A stretch of 64,000 nt of DNA. It comes from Pseudomonadota bacterium. GTDB lineage: Bacteria > Pseudomonadota > Gammaproteobacteria > JAKAQQ01. A program made the position numbers and the translations under genes. The notes beneath the pieces were generated by a model that was given only the letters and a program-made list of their open reading frames with translations, was not told the DNA's origin and did no database searches. Below, piece after piece: positions 9,044 through 19,616 of the stretch. Every line of letters starts with the position of its first letter. Within the stretch, counting starts at the first letter, position 1. The DNA is taken from contig DAHVLZ010000018.1 of NCBI GenBank assembly GCA_027320085.1, positions 1-64,000 of the forward strand, read 5' to 3'.

Positions 9044-9715
9044 TGGCTCAGGACAATGCTCCTTCGGTACGCCAGAAAAAGCAGTTGGAGCGCAAGTGTG
9101 GACGGCGTGCGAGCTACGATCGCATCTTGATTGTCTCTGAAGGCAGTAAAACGGAACCGAACTACTTTAAAGAGATCCGCAGTACCTACCGCCTGCACAC
9201 AGCCCATGTAGTAGTCAGGCCCAGTGAATTGGGCACTGAGCCGATTCAGGTGGTGCAGTACGCCCAGCATTTGTTCGAGAAGGGTGATCCGCACAAGAAA
9301 ATCCAGCCGCGGGCGTTCGAACAGGTCTATGCAGTGTTTGATCGAGATGATCACCGGAGATATTCCAATGCCCTGGACAAGGCTAAATCGCTGGATCGCA
9401 AGCTCAGGAATGACGCACGGCAGAGTGTCATTTTCCAGGCCATTGCCTCGGTGCCATGTTTTGAGCTGTGGCTGCTGCTCCACTTTGAGGACATACACAG
9501 TTCACAGAGCCGCCGTGACGTGATTCAACGTCTGAAGCGGCACATCCCAAGCTATGAGAAGGGGATCAACAACGCGTTCGAAATCACTAGAAAGCATTTG
9601 CCCGAATGCCATTGGGCGTGCCGAAAGACTGGCGAGAATCCATACGGCCTACTCTGACGGGCCCTTTACCGCTGTTGTGGATCTGGTGAAATTATTGAAA
9701 GCTTTGCACAACTGA
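9043..9715 (+). pseudogene. RloB-family (AbiLii-like, TOPRIM-related) protein with a +1 frameshift near 9603
   Basis: LIVSEG.KTEPNYF, VFDRD, SVPCFELWLLLHF; the expected C-terminus (AIGRAERLA...PFTAVVDLV) continues in a shifted frame to TGA 9715; TGATG overlap with the ATPase. Confidence 0.8.
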
Positions 9716-9874
9716 TAATCTGCGGCCACGGATCGTGCCCGTGATCCTCCAACAGCGTTGATTTGGATAAATTCCCTGACGATGATCAAACGTTCTGTCT
9801 GCTGTGGTAGCCCATTGAACTATGCCCATACGACCTCAATCAGGTCTTCGAAGCGTGGTTACCCGGGCTCGTTT

Positions 9875-10693
9875 TCAGTGCTGGCAGGAGGGACAGAAGA
9901 AGCTTGAGCGTTGCCCGATCCGGATGCGGCGGACCGTCTGTCCGCAGTCCGGACAGGGTTCACCCTCGCGACCGTAGACTCGCCAGCGGACCCGGAAGCC
10001 GCCGGGATCGCCGTTGGGATGGCGGTAATCCCGGAGTGTGCTGCCGCCGGCCTCGAGTGCCTCTTCGAGGACCGATCGGATGGCCGTGACGAGCGCCTGT
10101 GCACGGGCGGTCCCGATCCGGCTCCCGGAACGCCGGGGATCGATGCCGGCCCGGAAGAGGGCTTCGCTGGCATAAATGTTGCCGACTCCGGCGACCAGGC
10201 GACCGTCGAGGAGGAGTGACTTGACCGCGGACTTCCGGGCCTTGAGCGCACGGATCCATTCCGGCCCCCCAAAGCCGGGTGACAAGGGTTCCGGGCCCAG
10301 CGCGGAAAGCAGCGGGTGGAGATCCGGGTGGCCTTGGCCTTTGAGTAAAAGGCTGAACCGGCGGGGATCATGGAGGCGGAGGGTCCGGTCACCGGTGAGG
10401 CGGATTTCCCAATGGTCATGCGGACCACGGGCCTCACCCGGCTCGATGAGACGGAGTCTTCCGGACATGCCGAGATGGACGAGAAGCCAGTTCTGGTCCT
10501 CCAAGTGGAAGATCAGGTACTTGGCCCGGCGGGTCAGTTCCGTGATGCGTTGACCGGAAACCTCTCGTGCCAGATTCCCGGGAACCGGATAGCGCAGGCG
10601 GGGTTGCCAGACCTCGAGGGAACGGATGCGGCATCCCTGGATCGCAGGCCCGAGGAATCGCCGAATCGTTTCAACTTCGGGGAGCTCGGGCAT
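9875..10693 (-). CDS. mutM: Formamidopyrimidine-DNA glycosylase
   Basis: MPELPEVE start, HLGMSG, GVGNIYASE, C-terminal zinc finger. Confidence 0.97.
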   Translation of the reverse strand: MPELPEVETIRRFLGPAIQGCRIRSLEVWQPRLRYPVPGNLAREVSGQRITELTRRAKYLIFHLEDQNWLLVHLGMSGRLRLIEPGEARGPHDHWEIRLTGDRTLRLHDPRRFSLLLKGQGHPDLHPLLSALGPEPLSPGFGGPEWIRALKARKSAVKSLLLDGRLVAGVGNIYASEALFRAGIDPRRSGSRIGTARAQALVTAIRSVLEEALEAGGSTLRDYRHPNGDPGGFRVRWRVYGREGEPCPDCGQTVRRIRIGQRSSFFCPSCQH

Positions 10694-11549
10694 GGGGTGG
10701 CCTTCGGTTGGCCGAGAGGTGGAGCATTTTTCTCGCGATGAGGTGGGGAAAGACCCAGCGGAGCGGCGGGTTGTGGCCGACCAGGGCCACGCCGAATGAA
10801 TCGGATGCGAGGACATAGGACAGGGCTTCCGGCACCCCGGCCAGGCGGAGACTCACCCGGCCCAGCGATTTGATCCGGCCGGGCGGGCCTACGCTCAAGG
10901 CGCTGGCATAGGTCCAATGCCGGATGAGGCGGGCGATCATGCCGGAACTTACCTGGGATCTCGGCGGAGTGAGGATCCAGCCGCCTTTGGCATTCCGCCG
11001 GAAGGTGACCTGGGGCAGCTTCAGTTCCGTGAGATGGGAGCCTCCGGGCAGGAGGCGGGTCGAGAGGAGTGTGTAGAAGTTGCCGGCCAGCCGGTAGTAG
11101 AGCACGTCACGGACGAGGTCGATCCAGGGGCCGGCTTCGATGTAGCGCCGGTCGCCCACGGGATCGGTCCGGCCAAAGGCGAGCCGGTCGTGATTGACCC
11201 AGAGCGTGAGCCGGGGAGGGGCGAGCCCCACCCGGGCGGGCGGGATCCGCGAGACGGGATAGCGATGCCGGATGGGCTCGTCGAGTTCATCGATCAAAGA
11301 AACGAGTTCCAGGTTTTGTGCCCGCGCCCGGAAGGGATGAATGAGCCACCATTGTTTTCCGATCTTGCGGAAGACCACAACGGGATGGTGGGGGCGCCCG
11401 TAGGCAAATCGCCGGACGGCTTCCGGAGAGATCGCGAGGAGCGTGGGGAAAGCCGGCTTCCGGTGGCGCGTGACTCCGAAGATCACGGCCAGGGTGAGCC
11501 CCAGGACGACCAGGGCCAGTAGCATATTGAGCCAGAATCTTTTCTGCAC
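10671..11549 (-). CDS. DUF4340-like membrane-anchored periplasmic protein
   Basis: N-terminal TM segment; last gene of the GldA/F/G-like operon, the usual position for this family. Confidence 0.65.
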   Translation of the reverse strand: MQKRFWLNMLLALVVLGLTLAVIFGVTRHRKPAFPTLLAISPEAVRRFAYGRPHHPVVVFRKIGKQWWLIHPFRARAQNLELVSLIDELDEPIRHRYPVSRIPPARVGLAPPRLTLWVNHDRLAFGRTDPVGDRRYIEAGPWIDLVRDVLYYRLAGNFYTLLSTRLLPGGSHLTELKLPQVTFRRNAKGGWILTPPRSQVSSGMIARLIRHWTYASALSVGPPGRIKSLGRVSLRLAGVPEALSYVLASDSFGVALVGHNPPLRWVFPHLIARKMLHLSANRRPPHARAPRS

Positions 11550-11552
11550 GGA

Positions 11553-12917
11553 TCAACGCCGCCGTCGGCGGACCCAGTAGGCGATCCCCGCGGCAAAGAG
11601 GAGGAGGGGAAGACCGATCAGGAAACCCGCCCCGAGCAGGCCTTCTTCGAAGGGAGTCAGGACGAGTGTGCGGTCGGGGGATTCCGGTTCGTGGAGCTGG
11701 AGCGCGGCATTCTGACTGGTGAGCCAGTTGAAGAGGTTGAGGCTGAAGGTCAGGTTTCCGCCCTCGTTGAGAAAGGCATTGGCCAGAAACTCGTTCGTTG
11801 CCAGGACGGCCGCTCGCTGGGTCGCGGTCTTCCCGGACGGAGCCGGGTTCAGGAGAAAGCCGATGGGCAAGGGTCCGGGCCGGTCTTTCTGTTTGGGGTC
11901 ATACATGAGGGTTCCGGTGAGCGGACCCTGGGCGAGCCAGCTCACGGGCAGTGGACGGCTTTCAAGAAGGGCTTCCTGCGACCAGGGGGTATCGGGACGG
12001 CGGGCAAGTGCCCCGGTGTCCGGGAACAGGGTCTCGACGCGGAGGCTCTCGGTCACCGGATTGATCGGATAGTGCGTAAGGACGAGCCAGGTGGGATTCG
12101 AGATCCCAAAGAGGCGGGATTCGGCATCCACGATCGTTCCCGGCAGGAAACGGATGCCCAGGGTACGGGCGAGGGGGGCGAGTCCGTGGAGGCGCCCGGG
12201 CGGGTTGAGCCAGAGGAGGGTCTGGCCGGCTTTGACCGCACGGACCAGGGTCGCAACCTCGGGGGCCAACAGGCGCGCGGTGGGGTCATCCAGGACGAGG
12301 AGCGCGGTTTTTTTCGGGATGACCGTGGTCGCGAGATTGAGGGTCCGGGTCTTGAAGCCCTCGCGTCCCAGCGCCTGATTCAGGGCCCGGAGATCCGCAG
12401 GACCGCCCCCGTTCAAGGATGGCTCGCCGTTGCCGGTCACGAATTCGACGTCCAGGTTCTGGCTGCGCGTGAGCCGGAACAAGGCATCCGTGAAGGACTG
12501 CTGGCCGAGCGTCGTCAGGGTTTGCCTGCGACCCTGATAACGGATGACGAGTTCGCCGTCCGCCGTGATGCCATAGCGCCGGACCTGGTTCAGGTGGATA
12601 TCCGGATTGATGAAGTCGAGCTGGATCCGGGGGTTGACCCGGCGGTAGCGGTTGACGAGGTGGCTGATCGCGGCCCTCACCGGATCTTCGGTGCGCACGA
12701 AGGCATCCACTCGGACGGGATGGTCGAGTGTCCGGGTGATCCGGCGGCTGGCCCGGGTCAGGCTGTTGCGCCCCATTGCCGTCCAGTCCCAGGAGAGCGA
12801 GATCCGGTCGGTCAGCCAAAAGGCCAGGCCCGCGGCCGCGAGCAGGAGGATCACGAAGGCGATTCCCTGGATCCTGAGCCAGCGGCGGGAGCGACGGTTG
12901 ATCTCGAAGGGAGGCAT
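11553..12917 (-). CDS. GldG-like ABC transporter auxiliary component
   Basis: DWT....SLT..S, FINPD, F.TGNGE, C-terminal TM followed by RRRRR. Confidence 0.85.
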   Translation of the reverse strand: MPPFEINRRSRRWLRIQGIAFVILLLAAAGLAFWLTDRISLSWDWTAMGRNSLTRASRRITRTLDHPVRVDAFVRTEDPVRAAISHLVNRYRRVNPRIQLDFINPDIHLNQVRRYGITADGELVIRYQGRRQTLTTLGQQSFTDALFRLTRSQNLDVEFVTGNGEPSLNGGGPADLRALNQALGREGFKTRTLNLATTVIPKKTALLVLDDPTARLLAPEVATLVRAVKAGQTLLWLNPPGRLHGLAPLARTLGIRFLPGTIVDAESRLFGISNPTWLVLTHYPINPVTESLRVETLFPDTGALARRPDTPWSQEALLESRPLPVSWLAQGPLTGTLMYDPKQKDRPGPLPIGFLLNPAPSGKTATQRAAVLATNEFLANAFLNEGGNLTFSLNLFNWLTSQNAALQLHEPESPDRTLVLTPFEEGLLGAGFLIGLPLLLFAAGIAYWVRRRRR

Positions 12918-12918
12918 C

Positions 12919-13671
12919 TCAGTGCTCCAGGTGGTCGGCGTCGAACCGCCGGCCGGTCATGACCAGAAAAACGAGCGTGAAGATGAGGTAATAGGCGATA
13001 TCGCTCACCCGGATCTCGCCGCGGCCGAAGGCCGAGAAGTGGTCGAGGAGAGAGGCATAACGCAGGATGTGGCTGCCCGGGCCGTGACCCTTCGCGGCCC
13101 AGGCGATGATCCAGAGGAAAAGGAGCAGGCCAAAGGTCGAGATGGCGGCCACGATCGGCTGTTCGGTCAGGCTCGACAGGTACAGTCCGGCGGCGGCAAA
13201 GGCGGCCATGACAAGGAAGAGTCCGAGGAGTCCTGCGGCCACGAGTCCCCAGTCGAGATGGGTGCCGAGCTCCAAAGACAGCGGCATGAGGAAGATCAGG
13301 AAGAGGAGGGTGCCCAGGAAGGCCAGGATGCCCAGGTATTTGCCGCAGACGAGATCAAGGGTGCTCAGCGGGGCTGCATAGAGCAGTTCGAGGGTCTTCT
13401 GCCGGCGCTCCTCGCTCACGAGCCGCATCGTGAGGAGGGGGATCACGAGCAGAAGGATCACGATGGCGCTGTGGAAGAGCGGCATCACGACGAGCGCCGT
13501 CACCCCCGCGCCATGACGGTAGAGGGCGAGCCGGGGCATGATTCTCAGGAACAAATCCACCTGGAGGAGGAAGATCCAGCCGAGGATGAGCGTCACGACC
13601 GCCAGGACCACCCATGCCAGGGGCGAGGCGAAGAGTGAGCGAAGTTCGCGTTTGGCGAGCGCACGGATCAT
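12919..13671 (-). CDS. GldF-like ABC-2 permease
   Basis: KRELRSLF.SPLAW, PLLTMRL.SEER...TLELL, GKYLG. Confidence 0.9.
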   Translation of the reverse strand: MIRALAKRELRSLFASPLAWVVLAVVTLILGWIFLLQVDLFLRIMPRLALYRHGAGVTALVVMPLFHSAIVILLLVIPLLTMRLVSEERRQKTLELLYAAPLSTLDLVCGKYLGILAFLGTLLFLIFLMPLSLELGTHLDWGLVAAGLLGLFLVMAAFAAAGLYLSSLTEQPIVAAISTFGLLLFLWIIAWAAKGHGPGSHILRYASLLDHFSAFGRGEIRVSDIAYYLIFTLVFLVMTGRRFDADHLEH

Positions 13672-14624
13672 GGGGTGGACTCCATCGCGTTCGGGGTTAC
13701 CCCGCGGGTGAGTTCGAGAAAAATCGTCTCGAGGCTGGTCTCCTCCGCGACGAGTCCGAAGGGCGCCCATCCCTCACGAACCGCCTGCTCGAGAAAGCGC
13801 TCGGGGAAGTCCCCCGCTGCGTCTTGGGGCGGTGCGATCCGGAACCATCCGCCCTCGAGCGGCGTGATTTCCCGGGCACCCGTTTGCGCGACCATCCGCT
13901 CGGGGGAGGGTGCCTTGCGGAGACCTGTCCGGTAGGATGCGGCCGGACGGTCGGAGGGAAGGGCGGTGAGGGGCCGTGACCAGGCCAGCTGTCCCTCGTG
14001 GATGATGATGACCCGGGTGGCCAGGCTCTGGACCTCGGCCAGGAGATGGCTCGAGAAGATCACGCTGTGGGCCTCACCGAGCGAACGGATCAGCGTGCGG
14101 ATGTCCTGGATCTGGGCCGGGTCGAGTCCGACTGTCGGTTCGTCCAAGAGCAGCACCTCGGGGTCATGGAGGATGGCCTGGGCGATTCCGACCCGCTGCT
14201 GGTAGCCTTTCGAGAGATTCCGGATGAGGCGTCGTTCCACGCCGGTCAGGCCGGTTTTTTCCTGGGCGGCCTGAACCGCATGCCGGATCCGGGGTCGGGG
14301 GACGCCGTGGATTTCGGCGCAGAAGCGGAGATACTCGGAGACGGTGAGTTCCGGGTGAAGCGGAGGCTGTTCGGGCAGGTAACCGAGCTTGCGCTTGGCG
14401 GACTTGGGCGCGTTTAGGAGATCGATGCCGGCGATGGTAATCCGGCCGGCGCTCGGGGCCAATGTCCCGGCCAGCATTCTCAGGGTGGTGCTCTTGCCGG
14501 CCCCGTTCAGGCCGAGGAACCCCAGGATTTCTCCCCGTTCGAGCGTGAGGTCGAGATTCCGGACGGCCGCACGGCCGCCAAAGGAACGGCTGAGATTGTG
14601 GGCATCAATCAGGTTTTCGGCCAT
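13668..14624 (-). CDS. GldA-like ABC transporter ATP-binding protein
   Basis: GLNGAGKS, LSKGYQQRVG, LLDEP, SSH. Confidence 0.92.
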   Translation of the reverse strand: MAENLIDAHNLSRSFGGRAAVRNLDLTLERGEILGFLGLNGAGKSTTLRMLAGTLAPSAGRITIAGIDLLNAPKSAKRKLGYLPEQPPLHPELTVSEYLRFCAEIHGVPRPRIRHAVQAAQEKTGLTGVERRLIRNLSKGYQQRVGIAQAILHDPEVLLLDEPTVGLDPAQIQDIRTLIRSLGEAHSVIFSSHLLAEVQSLATRVIIIHEGQLAWSRPLTALPSDRPAASYRTGLRKAPSPERMVAQTGAREITPLEGGWFRIAPPQDAAGDFPERFLEQAVREGWAPFGLVAEETSLETIFLELTRGVTPNAMESTP

Positions 14625-14717
14625 TGACGGGCGACTCCCGTGAATTTCTGGATCAGCATAGGGACCGGGATCCGAGGGTTTGGTTCCGCATCCCGGATCG
14701 CTTCCCGATTGCGTATA

Positions 14718-15947
14718 ATGCGGTTGGATTTTAGCGCATTCCCAGCGAGGCTTCAGCCATTGAACGCGTTTTTGATCCATGGTCTTCTCGACTGGCCCCT
14801 CTGGGCATTGATCGCGGTCTGGCTCGTGACCCTCCACCTCACGGTGGTTGCGGTCTCCTTATACCTGCATCGTGACCAGACGCACCGGGCCGTGAAGCTC
14901 CACCCGGTGATCCGCCATTTCTGCCGCTTCTGGCTGTGGCTCACCACAGCGACCGTGACCCGGGAATGGGTTGCGGTGCACCGGCGTCACCACACCACGG
15001 TGGATCACGAAGGCGATCCCCACAGTCCGCGCCTGTTCGGACTCCGGGCCGTGTTGTTCGGGGGGGTCGGGCTCTACCGCCGGGCGGCCGAGGATCCGGA
15101 TACGCTGAGAACCTACGGACAGGGGACCCCCGACGACTGGCTCGAACGGTGGGTGTATGCCGGCCCGGCCAATATCGCCGGCATTCTTTTGTTCATGGGC
15201 CTCGAGGTGCTTCTGTTCGGACCGCTCGGACTCACGCTCTGGGCCGTCCAGATGATGGGGATCCCGGTGCTCGCGGCCGGTGTGGTCAACGGCTTGGGCC
15301 ACGCGGTGGGGTACCGCAACTTCGATACGCCGGACCTCTCGCACAACATCGTGCCCTGGGGTCTCGTCTGCGGAGGTGAGGAACTCCACAACAACCACCA
15401 TGCCTTTCCGGGTTCGGCCCGCTTCAGCCAGCGTCAGGGGGAGTTCGACCTCGGCTGGCTGTACCTCCGGATCCTCTCGATGTTGCGGCTTGCCCGGATC
15501 GAGCGCCTGGCTGCGACCGACGGGCAGTCGGTGAGTCTGCAGGATCTCATGGGATACCGGGCCCATCTCATGAGCCGGTACCTCAAGGAAGTGCTCCAGC
15601 CGACGTGGCAGAAAGTCCGTCGTGATGGTTTCCGGCCGAGCCGCCGCTGCCGTCGGCTTTTCTGGTTGTCACCCAAGCTGCTCGGCGAGTCAGCCGAGGA
15701 TCGGGCCACCCTTGAGTCCGTCCTGGAGAGCCAGCCGGTTCTGCGGACGGTCTACGAGTTTCGCGTGCGTCTCGGGCAGGTGTGGGAAAGCGGGGCTCAT
15801 GCCGCACAGCGCCTGGAAGAGCTGCGCGAATGGCTGGGGGAGGCGCGGACGAGCGGGGTGCGCCAGCTTGAGCACTTCTCCGAACGGGTCCATCTGCTCC
15901 TCGAGCAACCGGCCGGCCCAAGCCTGACACAGGCTGCAGGCGGCTGA
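14718..15947 (+). CDS. desA: Delta-9 acyl-CoA/acyl-lipid fatty acid desaturase (DesA type)
   Basis: His boxes HRDQTH, HRRHH and HNNHH; C-terminal helical extension; start uncertain. Confidence 0.85.
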   Translation: MRLDFSAFPARLQPLNAFLIHGLLDWPLWALIAVWLVTLHLTVVAVSLYLHRDQTHRAVKLHPVIRHFCRFWLWLTTATVTREWVAVHRRHHTTVDHEGDPHSPRLFGLRAVLFGGVGLYRRAAEDPDTLRTYGQGTPDDWLERWVYAGPANIAGILLFMGLEVLLFGPLGLTLWAVQMMGIPVLAAGVVNGLGHAVGYRNFDTPDLSHNIVPWGLVCGGEELHNNHHAFPGSARFSQRQGEFDLGWLYLRILSMLRLARIERLAATDGQSVSLQDLMGYRAHLMSRYLKEVLQPTWQKVRRDGFRPSRRCRRLFWLSPKLLGESAEDRATLESVLESQPVLRTVYEFRVRLGQVWESGAHAAQRLEELREWLGEARTSGVRQLEHFSERVHLLLEQPAGPSLTQAAGG

Positions 15948-16017
15948 TCGCGAAAACACCGGCCCCTGGGCGGGCCCGGGGGATCAGGCGAAGTGAGTCT
16001 TCACCGAGACCGCGCGT

Positions 16018-16173
16018 TTACTTGAGCTTGGCTTCCGTGTAGAGGACGTGCTTTTTGGCCACCGGGTCGAACTTGCGGACCTGGAACTTGTCTGCGTGCA
16101 GACGCTTGTTCTTGGTCGTGACGTAGAAATGCCCGGTTTCGGCGCTCGAGACCAGCTTGATTTTTTCGCGCAT
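16018..16173 (-). CDS. rpmG: 50S ribosomal protein L33 (not in the ORF track)
   Basis: Translated by hand: [51 protein letters not shown]. Confidence 0.97.
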   Translation of the reverse strand: MREKIKLVSSAETGHFYVTTKNKRLHADKFQVRKFDPVAKKHVLYTEAKLK

Positions 16174-16188
16174 GAGGTCGCTCCGGTC

Positions 16189-16422
16189 CTAGTTCGATTC
16201 GCGGGAGCGGATCCGCGCCAACGCGGCCTCGATCCCGATGCGATTCACGATCCGGAGCCCGTGGTTCGACAGGCGCAGGGTCACGTAGCGTTTCTCGCTT
16301 TCCACCCAGAAACGATGGCTGTGGAGGTTGGGAAGGAAACGACGGCGTTTCCGGTTGTTGGCGTGGGAGACCCGGTTGCCGACGAGCGGCCCCTTGCCGG
16401 TCATTTCACAGATACGGGACAT
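16189..16422 (-). CDS. rpmB: 50S ribosomal protein L28
   Basis: [33 protein letters not shown]. Confidence 0.97.
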   Translation of the reverse strand: MSRICEMTGKGPLVGNRVSHANNRKRRRFLPNLHSHRFWVESEKRYVTLRLSNHGLRIVNRIGIEAALARIRSRESN

Positions 16423-16604
16423 GCTGGCCGATCCTCTCGGGGACCGGTGATTATAACGTGGGCGGGATTGCGGGATCAAGGTCGGGCGGTTTTCCCCAAG
16501 TCCACCCAGAGGGGTCACCCGGCGGGAGTGGGCGGAATGGCTCTGCTATGATGGACCGCCGGTCGTGAGTTCCGGGTTCGGTTCACCTCCGGTCCGGAGG
16601 ATCC

Positions 16605-17060
16605 ATGACAGAGACCGCAAGCATCGTTGCCCATCTTGGCGATGTGCCCTACACGGTGCATCTCACCGACGATCTTGATCATCACTGGCTGTCTGATGAG
16701 CCGCCAGACAAGGCGGGAGCCAATCTCGGCCCCACCCCCACCCGGCTTCTGGTCGCGAGTCTGGGTGCCTGCACGGCCATCACGATGAAGATGTATGCGG
16801 AACGTAAAGGGTGGCCGCTCGAGCGGGTCGAGGTCCGGGTTGATCTCTTGTCCTATGTCCCGGTTCCCGCGGACGGAAGTTCGGTCCGCTGTGAAATTGT
16901 TCTCGAGGGGCCGCTCAGCCCCGACCAACGCGAACGTCTCCTGGCCATCGCCGGAGCCTGTCCGGTCCACCGGATCCTGAATGCCCCGATCAAGATCGAG
17001 ACCCGGCTTGTCGAAACTGCAGCCGGTGCGGGACCCGGGTCCGCCAAGGTCGGAGCATGA
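16605..17060 (+). CDS. OsmC family protein
   Basis: DEP...G...GP.P..LL.ASLGACT and ACPVH (two-Cys motif). Confidence 0.9.
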   Translation: MTETASIVAHLGDVPYTVHLTDDLDHHWLSDEPPDKAGANLGPTPTRLLVASLGACTAITMKMYAERKGWPLERVEVRVDLLSYVPVPADGSSVRCEIVLEGPLSPDQRERLLAIAGACPVHRILNAPIKIETRLVETAAGAGPGSAKVGA

Positions 17061-17078
17061 GCTACGGGGTGCCATAAG

Positions 17079-18317
17079 ATGACGGATCAGTCCCCTGCCC
17101 CTAAGGCGGCATCCCCCTTTCGTCTGCTCCTCGGTGTGACGGGCGGCATTGCGGCCTACAAAAGCTTGGAGCTGGTGAGGCGGCTGCGCGATCGGGGTTA
17201 TGAGGTCCAGGTGGTCATGACCGAAGCGGCGACCCGCTTCGTGGGTCCTGCGAGTTTCCAGGCCGTCTCCGGCCGACCGGTGCGGGCCAATCTCTGGGAG
17301 GCCGGTGTGGAAGCCGGGATGGGACATATCGAGCTCGCCCGCTGGGCCGATCTCATCCTCGTCTCACCGGCCTCCGCCCACAGCCTGGCCCGCCTGGCGC
17401 ACGGTCTCGCCGATGATCTTTTGGGGACGCTCTGTCTTGCCTCGCAGGCACCTCTCGCGGTTGCACCCGCGATGAACCGGGTCATGTGGGATCATCCCGC
17501 AACCCAGGCGAACGTGGCACTGCTGGCCTCCCGTGGGGTCCGGATCTGGGGTCCGGCGGCCGGTCTTCAGGCCTGTGGGGAGGAGGGCGAGGGACGGCTA
17601 CTCGAACCGGATGATCTTTTGGCCCGGATCGAGGCGGTGCGGATCGGCCGGAGGCGGTTTCCGGCAGGAGTGCGCGTGCTTCTCACCGCAGGGCCCACGC
17701 GTGAGCCGATCGACCCCGTCCGGTACCTCAGCAATCGCAGTTCGGGCCGGATGGGCTATGCCCTGGCCACGGCCTTCCATGAGGCCGGTGCCCAGGTCAC
17801 CCTCGTGAGCGGACCCACTGCCCTCCCCGAACCCTGGGGAATCCGCGTGCGGCGGGTCGAGACCAGCCGGGACATGTTGGAGCAGGTGATGGCCGAGATC
17901 CCCGGTTGCACCATCTTCTGCGCGGTGGCAGCCGTGGCCGACTTCCGGCCGGTCGAGGTCTCGGCCCGCAAACGCTCCAAGGAGGCGACGCCCCAACCAC
18001 TGCCGCTCGCGCTCACCGACGACATTCTCATGGCGGTTGCACAGTGCAGTCCCCGTCCCTTCCTGGTCGGCTTTGCCGCGGAAACCCATGATCTCGAGGC
18101 CCATGCCCGTGCCAAGCTCGAACGGAAGGAGCTCGATGTCGTCGTGGCCAACCCGGTCGGTCCCGGTCTCGGTTTCGAGTCCGAGGACAACGAGGCTTTG
18201 GTCCTCTGGCCGGGAGGCCAGGCATCGGTCGGAAGAATGCCGAAATCGCTTCTCGCCCCGCACCTTGTCGATCTCATTCACGAATGCTTCATCGCCCGGG
18301 CGGAAGGGCAGCAATGA
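17079..18317 (+). CDS. coaBC: Phosphopantothenoylcysteine decarboxylase/ligase
   Basis: [43 protein letters not shown]. Confidence 0.97.
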   Translation: MTDQSPAPKAASPFRLLLGVTGGIAAYKSLELVRRLRDRGYEVQVVMTEAATRFVGPASFQAVSGRPVRANLWEAGVEAGMGHIELARWADLILVSPASAHSLARLAHGLADDLLGTLCLASQAPLAVAPAMNRVMWDHPATQANVALLASRGVRIWGPAAGLQACGEEGEGRLLEPDDLLARIEAVRIGRRRFPAGVRVLLTAGPTREPIDPVRYLSNRSSGRMGYALATAFHEAGAQVTLVSGPTALPEPWGIRVRRVETSRDMLEQVMAEIPGCTIFCAVAAVADFRPVEVSARKRSKEATPQPLPLALTDDILMAVAQCSPRPFLVGFAAETHDLEAHARAKLERKELDVVVANPVGPGLGFESEDNEALVLWPGGQASVGRMPKSLLAPHLVDLIHECFIARAEGQQ

Positions 18318-18766
18318 ACCGCCTCGCCCTGCGCATCCTGGATCCCCGGATCGGCAGCGAGTGGCCGCTCCCGGCCTACGCGACCGAGGGTTCCGCTGGA
18401 CTCGATCTCCGGGCCGTGCTGGATCAGCCCCTCGCGCTCGATGCCGGCCAGGCGGAGCTCGTTCCGACCGGTCTCGCCATCCATATCGGAGATCCCGCCT
18501 GGGCAGGGCTCATCCTGCCCCGTTCAGGCCGAGGCCACCGGGACGGACTGGTCCTCGGCAATTTGGTCGGGCTCATCGATTCGGACTACCAGGGCGAACT
18601 CAAGGTCTCGGCCTGGAACCGCAGCGGGACCCGGCTCCTCATCGAACCCGGGGAACGGATCGCCCAGCTGGTGCTCATCCCCGTGGCCCGGGTCGCGCTC
18701 GATGTGGTCGAGTGTTTTGAGCAGACCCGCCGCGGTGAGGGCGGTTTCGGGCACAGCGGCAGCTAA
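18314..18766 (+). CDS. dut: dUTP diphosphatase
   Basis: [30 protein letters not shown]. Confidence 0.97.
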   Translation: MNRLALRILDPRIGSEWPLPAYATEGSAGLDLRAVLDQPLALDAGQAELVPTGLAIHIGDPAWAGLILPRSGRGHRDGLVLGNLVGLIDSDYQGELKVSAWNRSGTRLLIEPGERIAQLVLIPVARVALDVVECFEQTRRGEGGFGHSGS

Positions 18767-19461
18767 AGCGGGGCGGATTCCGCCGGGTTCGTGCCGTAGC
18801 GGGCCCGGTAACGCGCCAGGCTCTCGTAGGTCGTCTTCCAGCGCGGCTCGTGGTTCAGGTACTCGATGAGGTCGCTGAAGGAGGCGATGGCCTGGACGGC
18901 GAGTCCCCACTGGATCCCGGTGTCCTGGAGGGCCGAGCGGGTGCTCTCGGTCCCGCGTTCTTCGCGGTCGAGTGCCACGATCACGCCGACGGGCCGGGCC
19001 GGAGTTGTCTCGAGGAGCACCATCGTCTCGCGGATGGCGGTCCCCGCGGTGATGACGTCGTCGATGATCACGAGCGGGCCCTTGATCGGACCGCCCACGA
19101 TGCGGCCGCCTTCCCCGTGGTCCTTGGCTTCCTTGCGGTTGAAGGCGTAGCCCACAGGTTCGGTCTGCAGTCTGGAGAGGGCGATCGCGGTGGCCACGAC
19201 GAGCGGAATCCCCTTGTAGGCGGGACCGAACAGCGTGGAGACGGAAAGCTTGGCCTCGATCAGGGTTTCGGCGTAGAGCGTCCCCAGTTCGGCGATCTCC
19301 CGGCCGTGGCGGATGCGGCCCAGATCAAAAAAATAGGGGCTGACCCGTCCGCTTTTCAGGGTGAATTCGCCGAAGGACAGGGCGCCGGCACCGAGGGCCA
19401 GATCGAAAAACCGTCGGGATCGCTCTCGCATCGGGATTCCGGAAATCCGACTTTGGGCCAT
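18763..19461 (-). CDS. pyrE: Orotate phosphoribosyltransferase (alternative start 19431)
   Basis: [41 protein letters not shown]. Confidence 0.96.
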   Translation of the reverse strand: MAQSRISGIPMRERSRRFFDLALGAGALSFGEFTLKSGRVSPYFFDLGRIRHGREIAELGTLYAETLIEAKLSVSTLFGPAYKGIPLVVATAIALSRLQTEPVGYAFNRKEAKDHGEGGRIVGGPIKGPLVIIDDVITAGTAIRETMVLLETTPARPVGVIVALDREERGTESTRSALQDTGIQWGLAVQAIASFSDLIEYLNHEPRWKTTYESLARYRARYGTNPAESAPL

Positions 19462-19523
19462 CCTATCCAACTTCCGGTCTTTTGGGTAGTGGCTATCTCT
19501 CTTTGCTCTGTATCCTAATCCAC

Positions 19524-19580
19524 TTGACAAATTTTCTGGGGGGGGTATGGTTCGGAAAGAGCTTGAGGCAGCTGCCTCAA
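19524..19580 (+). promoter_or_regulatory. sigma70 promoter with a downstream 18-bp perfect palindrome (operator or 5' hairpin)
   Basis: TTGACA(19524)-N16-TATGGT; TTGAGGCAGCTGCCTCAA at 19563-19580. Confidence 0.6.
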
Positions 19581-19616
19581 AACAGAAAGTGTCACTGGAC
19601 CAAAAGGAGACTTGTC

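Noticed and set aside
15530-15947. Transposase-like C-terminus of desA
   Set aside because: This helical extension is a normal part of DesA-type desaturases. No terminal repeats or DDE motif were seen.
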